Shown: positions 1-25,764 of the stretch, in pieces | How positions within the stretch are numbered: position 1 is the stretch's first letter | How the letters are laid out: every line of letters begins with the position of its first letter | Source of the DNA: Macrostomum lignano | Lineage: Eukaryota | DNA: 64,000 nucleotides | Direction of reading: 5' to 3' | NCBI GenBank assembly: GCA_002269645.1 | Contig: NIVC01000434.1 | Coordinates: 186,001-250,000, forward strand | Position numbers and translations under genes: made by a program | Notes under the pieces: generated by a model | The model's database searches: none | Told to the model about the DNA's origin: nothing | The model's input: only the letters and a program-made list of their open reading frames with translations

Positions 1-160
1 CAACCAGTGTGGCATCCCCTGCTCAACCAGTGTGGCATCCCCTGCTCAACCAGTCTGGCATCCCCTGTTCCCCAGTGTGGCATCCCCTGTTCCCCAGTGT
101 GGCATCCCCTGTTCCCCAGTCTGGCATCCCCTGTTCCCCAGTCTGGCATCCCCTGTTCTC
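1..160. repeat. Minisatellite, 22-23 bp unit (CCAGTGTGGCATCCCCTGTTCC-like), truncated by window start
   Basis: About 7 tandem copies are directly visible; the ORFs 7..252 and 9..236 are translations of the repeat. Confidence 0.9.
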
Positions 161-1135
161 CCAGCAAAGAATGGCAGCCGAGGAGCAGAACAGCAGAAGT
201 ACCGATTATAGAGCTGTGGCTGGCACAGCAAGATAAAAACACTTTTTATTAGCTATACAAATAATTCCTTTACTTTCAAACGAGCTCATGCGGTTACTAA
301 CGCATCGGGTGCCGTTATATGATATGCTATTTATAACTTTCGTACAGTTTCAAACACAAAAATTTATTAGCAAAAGTGTTATAAATCGTCACTTTTTACA
401 GATTATTAATAAGGCCTTTCTTTATACCATTATTGAGTAAAAACTTCAGTTAAATTGCAATAAGAAATATTTTGGCTCGAGACATAAACATGATAAAAAT
501 GTAATATTGGAAATGTCTATTACAAGTCTCTTTGTAAACACAACATTTGCTACTTATTAAAATAGCAATAGTAAGTTATTAATCGTGAAGGGAATCAGCT
601 GTTAAAAGGAATTTTACATTGCATAGCAACAACAAGCGACGTTTTGACAACAAAAAGAGTTAATAATAATTATAATCAGTTACTACTATTAAAATTGTAT
701 ATATTATTAAAAACAGCCAAGGAGGAAATTAACTGGCACAAATTCGGTAATAACTGTTAACCGCACAGCCAGATGGATGATGTTACCTGTATGCCGCACG
801 GCATCAGACATTACACTGTAGTAAATGTAGCCCTGTCTACAACTATAAAATATGATCATTTTGGTCCAATTATTAAAAGTGCTGTCCTGACACAGCGCAC
901 AACACAGTTGATGAAAAAACACATTTTTAAGGCTTAGCGCAGATTTTAGCACTGAAGAAGGACTGCAGATGACTGACAGGACAGCGCAGTAATTGCAAAT
1001 TTTACAACATTTCAATAGTATCATACATGAAATCTTCTCCCATGTTCGACTACTATGCCGGCATGAAGGTTGGCCAAGAAAGAAATTAGAAAAATAAGTT
1101 AACTGGTTAGCAATATACCGGCTGGCTAAATGGCA

Positions 1136-1138
1136 GTC

Positions 1139-1179
<41 letters not shown>

Positions 1180-1186
1180 GGCAGAA

Positions 1187-1217
<31 letters not shown>

Positions 1218-1228
1218 AAGACACACAG

Positions 1229-1269
<41 letters not shown>

Positions 1270-1280
1270 AAGACACACAG

Positions 1281-1327
<47 letters not shown>

Positions 1328-1498
1328 GGCAGACAGACAGACAGACAGACAGACAGGCAGGCAGACAGGCAGAAAGACACACAGACAGACGGACAGACAG
1401 ACAGACACACAGACAGACAGACAGACAGGCAGGCAGACAGACAGACAGACAGACAGACAGGCAGGCAGACAGGCAGAAAGACAGACAGACAGACAGGC

Positions 1499-1539
<41 letters not shown>

Positions 1540-1654
1540 CACAGACAGACGGACAGACAGACAGACACACAGACAGACAGACAGACACACAGACAGACAG
1601 ACAGACAGACAGACACACAGACAGACAGACAGACAGAAAGACACACAGACAGGC

Positions 1655-1689
<35 letters not shown>

Positions 1690-1855
1690 AAGACACACAG
1701 ACAGGCAGACAGACAGACAGACACACAGACAGACAGACAGACAGAAAGACACACAGACAGGCAGACAGACAGACACACAACAGGCAGACAGACAGACAGA
1801 AAGACACACAGACAGGCAGACAGACAGACACACAGACAGGCAGACAGACAGACAA
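1136..1855. repeat. (GACA)n microsatellite with GGCA/CACA/GAAA variants, probably in the par-3 3' UTR region
   Basis: About 720 bp of 4-bp period; explains the SVCL/QTDR ORFs. Confidence 0.95.
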
Positions 1856-2177
1856 AATACAAACATAAAAAGAGGAACAGAGGACATACAAAAACACAGA
1901 CAAGCAGAAGTCAGCACTATCAAATCGGTGAGACAACATTGGAAAATCAAACTTATAATTAAGCACAGCACAGCTAGAAGCACATGAGGAGATAAAGTTA
2001 GAATTGATCAAGCGGTTAAGCAAAGAAAAACAAAATAAAGAAATAAAAAATATACGCTCAATTTTAAAGGTACTGATGGACGCCTGTGTCTGTAGTAGAA
2101 TCACACGTTAGCAGCAAGCTATTATTGCAATAATAATTATTAACATATTCATATATTACACAGATTACATAGTTATC

Positions 2178-15239
<13,062 letters not shown>

Positions 15240-17624
15240 TTCTAATTAGCAATGCTATGGCCTTCAACTTAAATCCATGAGACAGTTTGCTGCAAGGTAA
15301 AGTCCAAAACATTATTAATACAAAATTACTTTGAGTAGCTTTAATATACAATGGTTTTTATATGCCTAAATTAGCAAACAAATATCAAAATCTCACTAGA
15401 GTCCCTATTGTAAGGACTACAATACTTTGTTTATCATAGTACTAGGGCCTATATAACTATTGTCAAAGTACAAGCAATCCCAAAAGCCACAATTGTCATG
15501 GCTAGGGCCTATGGGATATATTTGGCAATAATAAATTTTGTAACTTATATAATTGATTGGTTTTTAAGTATAGCAATATAAATATTTGCATAAGTATCTA
15601 TTCTCTATTATTTCCTCATTAAATTTTGAAATAACAATATGTTAAAAAGGTGTAAGACCAAGATGGCCACAACATTAAATCTCTATTATTTCTGCTTTCT
15701 CTCCCATTAATTAGCAACTTAATAGCTATTATTTTATTATTATTATTTTGTTTTAATAAATCATATTTATAAATATTAATACAATAATAGATTTGAAACA
15801 AATTATCTATAATACAAAAACTTTTTAATGTTTATGCCAATTTATTCCTATAGGACCATATATTCTAATATATCATTATCAGTTTATTAAGAAACCATTG
15901 CTAATAATAAGGCTATGCAAAAATGAGATAAATATGCAACAAAGTATTTATTTTGTGCTTGGCTACATGCTTTATTTAATGGATAAATATCTATAGGTTA
16001 AGTTATAATAAAAGCTAGGCCAAAAGACAAAAGGGAATGATTATAATGTAATATAATTCTATTTTAGCATCTAAATTTTTAATTACTACCAACAGGAAAA
16101 TGGAAATGAGTGAAATATATAGACCTAGGATTACTATTATTTATTTAGACATACATGCGCTACCTCTAAAATTCAGTCGGCCGTGTGACTTGTTTTTAAC
16201 AAAAATGTGACATAGTTTTTTGGCCAAAAATGTGACTTACATGTAAAAAAATCCTAAAGCAAAATTAATGCAACTTTGGGTAAACGGCAGGAGTAGCTAT
16301 GACTGTCTTATTAAGCCAAAATGCCTCATCAGCTACTTAGTACTACTACTTTGGTGTTTTTTGGGTGGGCATTTTTGCGACTTCCTTGGTTGGCCGCCAA
16401 ATCAGTTAGCCAGATTGGCCAACTTGGCCAACTGTTGCACATATATGTATTTAGATATTTAGATCTATGGCCATCTTGGTATGTAGCCATCTTGGTCATA
16501 TGCTATTAAAAATAGGGCCTATATTATAAATCTAGTAAATCCCTATTGTAAATAATGACATTTTATAGATAGCTATCTGATACAATTTGAAGTATTGGCA
16601 CATATAAAGCATTTCTCTAATGTAGCATACTATGTCAAAGGGGCTGAGGGGTAAGGTAGTTTACCAAAGGGGGTGACATATGCTTAAAAGTTGGCATGCA
16701 GAAATGAAAGCATATTGAAAGGTATTGCACTAGGCCTAGCTATAATGAAAATGTGACAATACAAAATTAAATGAGACAAAATCTATATTATTGCTAAATT
16801 TACTAGCCTATAGGAAAAAGCTTTGCAAGTAAATCTTGGTAAGGAGTTGGTAGGTAAATTGTCTATAGGTAATTTTTGTGCTCAGTTCATACTTTTTTGT
16901 AAATGAGTTCATACTAAAAGACATAGAAGATGGCTGTGTCTTCAATATAGAATCTATTTGACACTGGAAACAGTGGCAGTCTTTTTATTGCCAAAAATAA
17001 AAGTGATAATACTGTATATGCTTACATGGCAAATATGCCCTTAAGCTCATACATTATAATAGATACAACTGCCATTTTGATATAAGTACTATTTCCAAAA
17101 AAATGTCCAACTTTTCTAATCTAGCCAAGCAAATATATCAATCTGAATTAGCAAGATTAAGTGGCTATTTATCCTTATCTTATCCTTATTATCCTATAGT
17201 ATTAGGCCCATAATCATTTGTTAAATAGTTTTTTTGTTGAATTCAATTTCTGTTTATTTTTAAGCCATAAGGCATAATATCTATATATTATATAGGCTTA
17301 AATTAAATTTTATTGTGGTAAAGTTCACTATTAAGTTAAGTTATATTATATATAGGCCTAGGCCCTATAGTATAATTAGTATTAGGTATTATGTTGTCAA
17401 AACTTTAATTATTAAATAAACCTCAAACTTAAATGGTACACCAAAGAGGTACTCCAAATAGTATTACAGCATACTGATGCTTTTGTGGTGATAAAACCCT
17501 AGACATAGCATAATACTATACTATTAATACTATGTAGTAGATTAGGTATAATGCCAATGGAAAGGCTTATAAACAGGAACGGTTTTAAACTGTATTTAAC
17601 TCAACCAAGGTCTTGGACACTTAC

Positions 17625-18008
17625 ACACTTTTAAGTCCTACGACACGAGTACAGCACATACGTGTGGGTAGGGCCCAATAAGATAGGATGGGACCACCAA
17701 CATTCGCAAAATCTGCGGATTTCCGAGATATTTCTAAATTTAGAAAAATGATTTGAGTAAATAAAACAAAGTTTTGACACTAATAGTTATAGCGTAATAC
17801 AAATAGTTTCTAGTGTATTAGATGTATCTTAACATAAATTTACAGAATTTACAATATTTTCTAAAATATTCTAAGTACATTTGCTTGTTTATACATAAGC
17901 GTCATTTGCAATATTTAACACGCCAAGTGTCATATTTTATTGCCCCTAGCCAAAGGCGTACTTCAGTATTTCGATAACATTATATACCGGTTTGATACAC
18001 CGTTAAAG
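17625..18008. promoter_or_regulatory. Probable bidirectional promoter with non-coding first exons of par-3 (minus) and the CERK-like gene (plus)
   Basis: Minus-strand donor GT|GTAAGT at 17624 pairs with acceptor TTTACCTTGCAG near 15289; plus-strand donor AAAG|GTAAGT at 18009 pairs with acceptor TTTTTCAG near 18311; CpG content resumes abruptly at 17640. Confidence 0.55.
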
Positions 18009-18330
18009 GTAAGTATTCGTTCATAATTAATATGACCAAGGGCTATAGTCAGTACCTGATAAGTATATTATGCTTCCATCTATAGCACAGCGTGACACAG
18101 CTAGTTGCATGCTCGAAATACTTTGTTCTTTGTATAAAAATATTTATTTGCATACATGATGTAACGTCACATTTTTATAGTATATTGCGGCAATATTTAA
18201 TATGAACAAAATTACATGCTATAAAAATCAAGTGCAACTTTTAAATACCAGCTTTTTGTCCATAGCAGCAAATCACTCAATCTACCAAGAAATATTTTGT
18301 AAATTTTTCAGCAAGCGAATTGATGATCAC

Positions 18331-20669
18331 ATGAGCTTACCAGTGCCTGTTGACGATTTCAAGCCACCAAAAAAGGTTGCTCCTATCGTCAAACAGCCCC
18401 GTAGAAGGCAAATATCAGATGAAGAAAGCGACGAAACAGATTTACATGCGATCGTTGAGGGTTGCTGCAAAGGCGTCTCAGTAACTGTCAGTTTGAAGAA
18501 TGGCATACTTATTTGGCAGCAAGGTTAGTTAAATTCGGTGCGAAATAAACTACAAGAGTTAATAATCTAGATGTATATGCCGAAAATGTCGCCGGCTCAT
18601 GAATCTGTTTTTACTTTACAGTCGGTCGGAAAACCTCCGGCGTAGCGGCAAAGCTGTCATCAGGTCTAGTCAAGCTCGATAAGCAGCCAGCAACTATTCG
18701 CATTCCGCTCTGTGACGTTATCTCCGTCGTCGCTGATAGTCTGGATGAAGGCCTCACTAATGACGATGCCCGATTGACTATTGTTGCAAGGCGCCCCGTG
18801 GACGGCGCCATTCAAGGCCGTTGGTGCCTATGGGAGCGGACGATGGCGCCCCTCCTGTCCAGTTTTCAAGTTGCCAAACGATGGACAGGGCGAGCAAATG
18901 GTGCATTGCTGCACCGATGTCCACAGTTCTTTCAACGAGTTGGGCTGCTAATAAATTCGAGCACCACCACCGATTGGAGCATCAACCGAGTTCTGCTACC
19001 CATCTTGAAACGATTCAACATTGACATCGACGCGAGAATCGACGCTTCCGATGCCAAACAATTAGCGACGCTGGCGGCCAGGTCGGTGACGGAGCTGAGC
19101 GACCTCGACTCGCTGCTGGTGGTCGGTGGCGATGGCACCGTGCGTCTGTTGTGCGCTTCTCTGCTGTCAACTCGGCAAAAGCTCCCCCCGCTGTGCATTT
19201 TACCATCCGGTCGGCACTCCGACATTGCGCGCAGTCTGATGGGCGGTCCGAAGGCAGATTTTGAGACCGCTTTGGTACACTTGCTGGCAGGTGAGCAAAG
19301 GAAATTCATTAAACTTTGGGGATAATTCAAATTAAGTTTGAGTGTAACGTTTGGTTGCTTTTATTGAATGAATGGTTTCCTATCTTCATTCAATCTACCG
19401 TATCTACTATTGTAATCTCCCAGGGGTCTAGTGTCTCTCAGGCTTTCTTTCCCAGGGGTTTAGGAGTCACTCTCGGGAGGTCTCTCCCAGGGGTTTAGAG
19501 AGTCACTCTCGGGGTGTCTCTCCCAGGGGTTTAGAGAGTGACTCTCGTGATTGTCTCTCCCAGGGGTTTAGAGAGTGACTCTCGGGATGTCTCTCCCAGG
19601 GGTTTAGAGTGAACACGCTCGGGAGGTCTCTCCCAGAGATTTAGAGAGTCACTCTCGTGGTTCCGATATCCCTTTGGGTTTAGAAACGTCCCTGGTGAAA
19701 TATCAGGTTATCACTCTCCAGATACTCGTGACATTAGGGAACAATTTCCAGTGACAGAAACTCTGATTCCTTGCTGATTCCAGGCAGCACCAGGAAAATA
19801 AACTGCAGCAGAGTTCTCTCCGGCAGTGCCCCGGGCAGTCTCGCATTGCCCATCGGCTGGTTTTTCAACGCCTCACTCGGCTTGCCAACAGCCGCCCTGG
19901 CCCGCCTCAATCGGCACCTCCTGTTTCCCGACACCAAATACGATCGCGCACTGGCTAGCGTCATCGCCAAGCCCGACTTCCGGCCAGTTTCCGGGACGTT
20001 GCGGCTGCAGTTGGCACCCGCGTCTGGTGGGGATCCATCGGATGGACAGACTTGCCTGCCAGGGTGAGAGCCCAGTCGATAACATTGTTATCGCGTTTAT
20101 ATTCTGAATTCGACTTTCTTAGAAGTGGCTCTTATCATAGGTTCTATACAGAATCAGTTTGTAGAATATTGAATAGTATTCATATTAGAATATGTTTCTT
20201 CCATTCATGTCAATCAATAATCTGATACCTCTCCCTGCTTCTCCCTCTTCTTTATTACACAAATCTTCTTCGCTGTCTCCCTCTCTCTCTCCCTCCTCTC
20301 CCTCCCATGTTTCCTCTACATCTGTTTTTTCTTCCCCTCTCCATCCCTTTTACAACCCCCTCAATTGTCCCTTTTGCTCTCTTGAAATAGTACATTAATT
20401 CCTTTGCTCCCGCAGATGCTCAGTCTGCAAAGCCGAAAGTGAACGCCAACGAAGCTCCACCGACGATCTCGTTGATTGCGATGCTAGCGACGCTTCAGGA
20501 TGGCAGTGCGACTTCTCCGATCCGGTGCGAGAATTCGACCCGCTGGACAGCTCGAACTGCAGCAGCGCCCTGAGCGGTGAGCAGAGATTTAGCTGACTGA
20601 CTAACTGACTAACTAACTAACTGACTGACTAACTAACTAACTAACTGACTAACTGACTAACTAACTGAA

Positions 20670-20718
<49 letters not shown>

Positions 20719-20759
20719 GACTAACTGACTAGCTAGCTAACTAACTAACTAACTAACTG

Positions 20760-20834
<75 letters not shown>

Positions 20835-20839
20835 GACTG

Positions 20840-20906
<67 letters not shown>

Positions 20907-20907
20907 G

Positions 20908-20949
<42 letters not shown>

Positions 20950-20959
20950 CAACTAACTG

Positions 20960-20991
<32 letters not shown>

Positions 20992-23900
20992 GCTAACTAA
21001 CTAACTAACTAACTAACTAACTGACTGACTAAACACCCACAGCTCAGCTATCCAGAGCTCGCCCATCGCAATCAGATGCCACAGTGGACTCCGCACCCAT
21101 TGGCGAGCCCGTAGTTGAATCAGACGGCTGGCTCACCATTAGCGGTGAGTTTCTCTGGATCGGCGTGTACTCCTTGAGTGGTCGATCGGGCTTCTGTCCG
21201 GGCGGTCTGTCTCCCAGATGTCATGCCAACGATGGCTCTCTGGATGTTGTACTGCTGCGTTTGCCAGTCAGCCGACTGACCGATGATGAGGCGCGAAAGA
21301 GACTGTCGAAAATTGCTGCCACCGAATTCGCAGCAGCACTCTGCGGCGGCTCCTCTTGGGGGAGTCACGTGAGTTTACAGTCACTTGGGTGTTTATAGTC
21401 ACTTGGGTGTTTATAGTATCGTGGGTGTTTATAGCCACTTGGGTGTTTATAGCCACTTGGGTGTTTATAGTCTCTTGGGTGTTTACAGTCACTTGGGTGT
21501 TTATAGTCACTTGGGTGTTTATAGTCTCTTGGGTGTTTACAGTCACTTGGGTGTTTATAGTCACTTGGGTGTTTATAGTATCTTGGGTGTTTATAGCCAC
21601 TTGCGTGTTTATAGTATCTTGGGTGTTTATAGTCTCTTGGGTGTTTATAGCCACTTGGGTGTTTATAGTCTCTTGGGTGTTTATAGTCTCTTGGGTGTTT
21701 ACAGTTTCTTGGGTGTTTATAGTCTCTAGGGTTTTTATAGCCACTTAGGTGTTTATAGTCTCTTCCATTTAATTTATAGTCTTTTGGGTGTTTATAGTAT
21801 CTTGGTTAATTATAGTCATTTGGGTGTTTATAGTCATTTGGGTGTAATTTAAAGACTTTTGGGTGTTTATAGTCATTTGAGTGTTTATAGTCCCTGAGGT
21901 GTTTAGTCACTTGGGTGTTTATAGCCACTTGGGTGTTTATAGCCCCTTATGTGTATAGTCTCTTGGGTTTTTATAGTCATTTTCGTGTAATTTATAGTCT
22001 TTTAGGTGTTTACGAGCTATAGTCATTTGAGTGTTTATAGTCGCTAGGTTGTTTATAGTCTGTTTGGGTGTTTATAGTCGCTTGGGTGTTTATAATCTTT
22101 TTGGTGTTTATAGTCATTTGGGTGTTTATAGTCGCTAGGTTGTTTATAGTCTGTTTGGGTGTTTATAGTCGCTTGGGTGTTTATAGTCATTTGGGTGTTT
22201 ATAGTCGCTAGGTTGTTTATAGTCTGTTTGGGTGTTTATAGTCGCTTGGGTGTTTATAGTCATTTGGGTGTTTCACTGAAAACTCACGTGATAAACCGCC
22301 AAATTTGTCCCACAGTTGAGCCTCGACTACGTCAGCTGCTACCGATGCAAAACTGTTCGATTTCAACAGAGCACCGAGCCACAGAGGCAGCATACGGACG
22401 GACAGCATACTGAGAATCCCATACGATCTAGCACTGAGGATTCTATTAAAGTGAGTAGATAAATGCAAAATACTTTTGGAAAGCAGTGAATAAGTTTTTG
22501 CCTGAAATATTGCTCAATAGTACCAAAAGTAGCACCGTAACAGCATGCGAGCTTTCGTTTCTTGGAACTATTCTAAGATGCTTTCCTACGAGATCAAGAA
22601 TCTTAAACCTTCAAATATATTTTCTAAGAAATGAAAGATCGTATCTGCTACGCACATGATATCCGCGTTAAGTATTGTAAGAAAGGGCAAGAGGAACTAT
22701 AATTTTATATTTAACGGAAGAAGAAAAGTCCACTGTGTTCCAATCTTCCATTTCCATTGCGTAATGCGAGAGAATATTGTGCAAGTAGTAAGGCCTGGGT
22801 TAGACTACATATTAGTAGCTTCTCTCAAGCCGCGACTGACTCCACTGACTCATGCATCTGGCGCGGTCGATTACTAGCTATAGGAATAGTACATGTCATG
22901 GACAAATGAATTAAAAGGACGCCAAATTTAATTTTCTTAGAAACGCATTAAGATACATTTTCGAGAGAGAAAGCATAGCGCTGAATGGCCGCGGGGCTTC
23001 GTCATAGAAAAATTTCGTTAAGTAAAATTTTTAACTCCTTACTTCTGAACTCAGCAACTCCTGACCAAGCAACTCCTGACCCACTAACTCCTGACCAAGC
23101 AACTCGACCAAGCAACTTCTGACCAAGCAACTCCTGACCAAGCAAATTCTGACCCACCAACTCCTGACCCACCAACTCCTGACCAAGCAACTCCTGACCC
23201 ACCAACTCCTGACCCACCAACTCCTGACTCACCAACTCCTGACCAAGCAACCCATGGCCAAGCAACTCCTGACCCACCAACTCCTGACCAAGCAACTCCT
23301 GACCCAACAACTCCTGACCAAGCAACTCCTGACCCACTAACTCCTGACCAAGCAACCCATGGCCAAGCAACTCCTGACCCACCAACTCCTGACCAAGCAA
23401 CTCCTGACCCAACAACTCCTGACCAAGCAACTCCTGACCCACTAACTCCTGACCCACCAACTCCTGACCCACCAACTCCTGACCCACTAACGATCCTGAC
23501 CCACCAACTCCTGTCCCACCAACTCTTGACCCACCAACTCCTGACCCACTAACTCCTGACCCACCAACTCCTGACCCACCAACTCCTGACCCAACAGCTC
23601 CTAACCCAATTTAGTCTCTTAGTTAGCGCAGAAACTCCCAAACTCCTGTACTCCAGAAACTCCCAAACTCCTGTACTCCAGAAACTCCATAATTCCCACA
23701 TGCATGAATTTCATTCATGTTCCATTTCCTAACCACCCAGCTGAACGAGACGACCACCCACGGCGGAAGCGACAGAGAATCAACGGAACTTCGCAGGCGT
23801 CGCCAATTCCAGCGAAGTCCTTCGCAGCTGGCTGACGTTCTCTGCGGCGATGATGACGAGATCGGTGACGATGGAGCCAGTAGTAACGGTGGGGGCACAA

Positions 23901-25764
23901 CGCTTTCCTCAGACGAGACGGCTGTAAGTCTAACATGAGTCGCATATGGGATCTGCCGATATAGGGGCGATGAAAGCGTCTATCTCAAGTTTTTGATTCT
24001 GTGTACTTTTCATGCAATTCGCGCTTATGCGGGTCATTGGGCAAGCCGCGATGAGAAAGTCAGGGCCATTGTGCACCCTGTGTTAGTGGAATGTGCATGA
24101 CTGCTTGCCTCCTGGCTGACTAAGCAAACTACTAGTATATGCAACTGCGAATGATGGGATCTAGCTAGAGTATAACTTCCAATCAACGCCCCCGGCCCCT
24201 CTGTTGGAGAGGAGTCGCTTTCTCAAAACCTAATTTTCACGTCAAAAAGCCGTGCACAGAATTTCATAAGCTCTGAATTTCATAAGCTCTGAATTTCACA
24301 ACGCCTAAAAGCACTATGGGGATACGATTTAGGGCGAAAGATTTAGGGTGAAATATTTAGGGCGAAAGATTTAGGGTGAAAGATTTAGGGCGAAAGATTT
24401 AGGGTGAAAGATTTAGGGCGAAAGATTTAAGGTGAAAGATTTAGGGCGAAAGATTTAGAGTGAAAGATTTAGGGCAAAAGATTTAGGGTAAAATATTTAG
24501 GGTGAAAGATTTAGGGCGAAAGATTTAGGGTGAAAGATTTAGGGTGAAAGATTTAGGGCGAAAGATTTAGGGTGAAAGATTTAGGGTGAAAGATTTAGGG
24601 CGAAAGATTTAGGGTGAAAGATTTAGGGTGAAAGATTTAGGGTGAAAGATCGTATCTCGAACCAGGACACGAGAATCAGACACGTTTACCGCTGAGCTGC
24701 TCGGCCTCCTAGCTTGAGACAAGGTCCGATATAGCAGTTTCAATTATTGCTTAACTATTGCTCATATCGGGGTTGTAGCCTTGTGGTTAGAGAGTCCGAC
24801 TCACGACTTGAAGGTCGAGGGTTCGATTCTCGATCCACTCAGAAGAATTTGTGTCCTTGAGCAAGACACTTAACTCTGCATTGCTTCAGTTCACCCAGCT
24901 GTAAAATGGATGCCAGTAGTAGCTGGGGTAGCTGAGGGGGTGTGTGGCGACTCCCCAGTCCTTGGACTGAACAGCCGTACGCAGCCTTCAGATGCGCCGC
25001 GCAATAGCTGCGGCTGAGCTGTCGGTTGCACATCTGGCCCTAATTGGGGAAGTGCAATCATATTTTTTATAATCGCACCCCATACTTTCCCTACTCAATT
25101 AGCCGTCGCACACTAAGTTGACTCCAACAGCAGCTTCCGCGGCTCATCGCGACTCCAGCTTAACCGATGAAGAAGAATCCGCTAAAGAACAAGCTGACTT
25201 GCAGCTGCATCAGAAGACAAAGAAGACAAAGAAAAGCTGGCATCGACGACTTGCCGCTTTGAAACCGGCGAAGCTGCTGCAGACTACGGCGGGCAGCTCC
25301 CCAAGGCACAGCAGCAGTCCTGCAGGAGGTGCGCACGGCAAAGATAAGTCAGCTGCCTTCCGCTCAGCTGAGCCAGCATTGGCAACGGCAACGCAGGACC
25401 TGAGGACGGAGATGTCTCGGTGGAATTTCGATTACAGCGAGGTTGAACTCGACGATGAGGTGGAATTTCGGTGAGTTTTGAAATAGCTGTCAAAAGGGAC
25501 ACGGTAATATCTCAGAACACACTGTGTGACCTTTAAAAGCTATTAAAAATCAAACGAAACCACAATTGATATCACAGCTCAAATGCAATGGTTTTATTGA
25601 GATGCCATGCAGCTCAAATAGGGTTTTTTGAGGTCTCAAAACTTCTATGGTAGTTGTGGGGCTTGTCAATGTGTACAATTAAATGTGAGTTCTGCAATTC
25701 GAATTTCAGTTGTTATCCGGACGCCTTGGAGATTTACTGTCCGGCTCCAGGTTCAGCTAGTTAA
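18331..25764 (+). CDS. cerk: Ceramide kinase family protein (PH-like plus DAGKc domain; CERK/CERKL-like), 9 coding exons
   Basis: Exons 18331-18523, 18622-19290, 19784-20063, 20416-20576, 21043-21368, 22316-22450, 23741-23923, 25103-25470, 25710-25764, all GT-AG and phase-consistent. VVGGDG ATP motif; CERK-type CxxxCxxC (CLPG|CSVC); [28 protein letters not shown]; SRWNFD..EVEFR|CYP. Confidence 0.85.
19420..19660. repeat. Intronic minisatellite, 36-bp unit TCTCTCCCAGGGGTTTAGAGAGTCACTCTCGGGGTG
   Basis: Period 36 at 19481/19517. Confidence 0.85.
20593..21032. repeat. (CTAA)n/(CTGA)n microsatellite filling CERK-like intron 4
   Basis: 4-bp period over about 440 bp, ending about 10 nt before the acceptor. 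Confidence 0.95.
21369..22270. repeat. Intronic minisatellite, 18-bp unit TGGGTGTTTATAGTCACT
   Basis: LGVYSH periodic ORF; begins at the donor of exon 5. Confidence 0.95.
23048..23610. repeat. Intronic minisatellite, 15-bp unit AACTCCTGACCCACC / AACTCCTGACCAAGC
   Basis: [10 protein letters not shown] periodic ORF. Confidence 0.95.
24327..24709 (-). repeat. 14-bp array (AGATTTAGGGYGAA)n preceded on the minus strand by a tRNA-like Pol III head
   Basis: About 23 units at 24327-24650; minus head GGAGGCCGAGCAGCTCAGCGG..GGTTCGAGATAC at 24709-24652. Confidence 0.75.
24769..25058 (+). mobile_element. tRNA-derived SINE family 1, second copy
   Basis: High similarity along its length to the reverse complement of 11731-12023 (A/B boxes, CORE-like domain, GC-rich 3' stem). 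Confidence 0.85.

Noticed and set aside
160-236. Possible terminal exon on the plus strand (QRMAAEEQNSRSTDYRAVAGTAR*)
   Set aside because: Too short, and the upstream context is outside the window
707-2104. Long ORFs of 241-465 aa over the GACA tract, including a non-repetitive 140-aa tail at 707-1130
   Set aside because: Mostly microsatellite translation; the tail has no recognisable motif or splice support and lies where the par-3 3' UTR is expected
17711-17722. AATCTGCGGATT palindrome-like 12-mer shared by the bidirectional promoter and LTR B
   Set aside because: Single post hoc match; cannot be distinguished from chance
24327-24650. Telomere or interstitial telomeric repeat
   Set aside because: TTTAGGG is embedded in a 14-bp unit, not a tandem 6- or 7-mer
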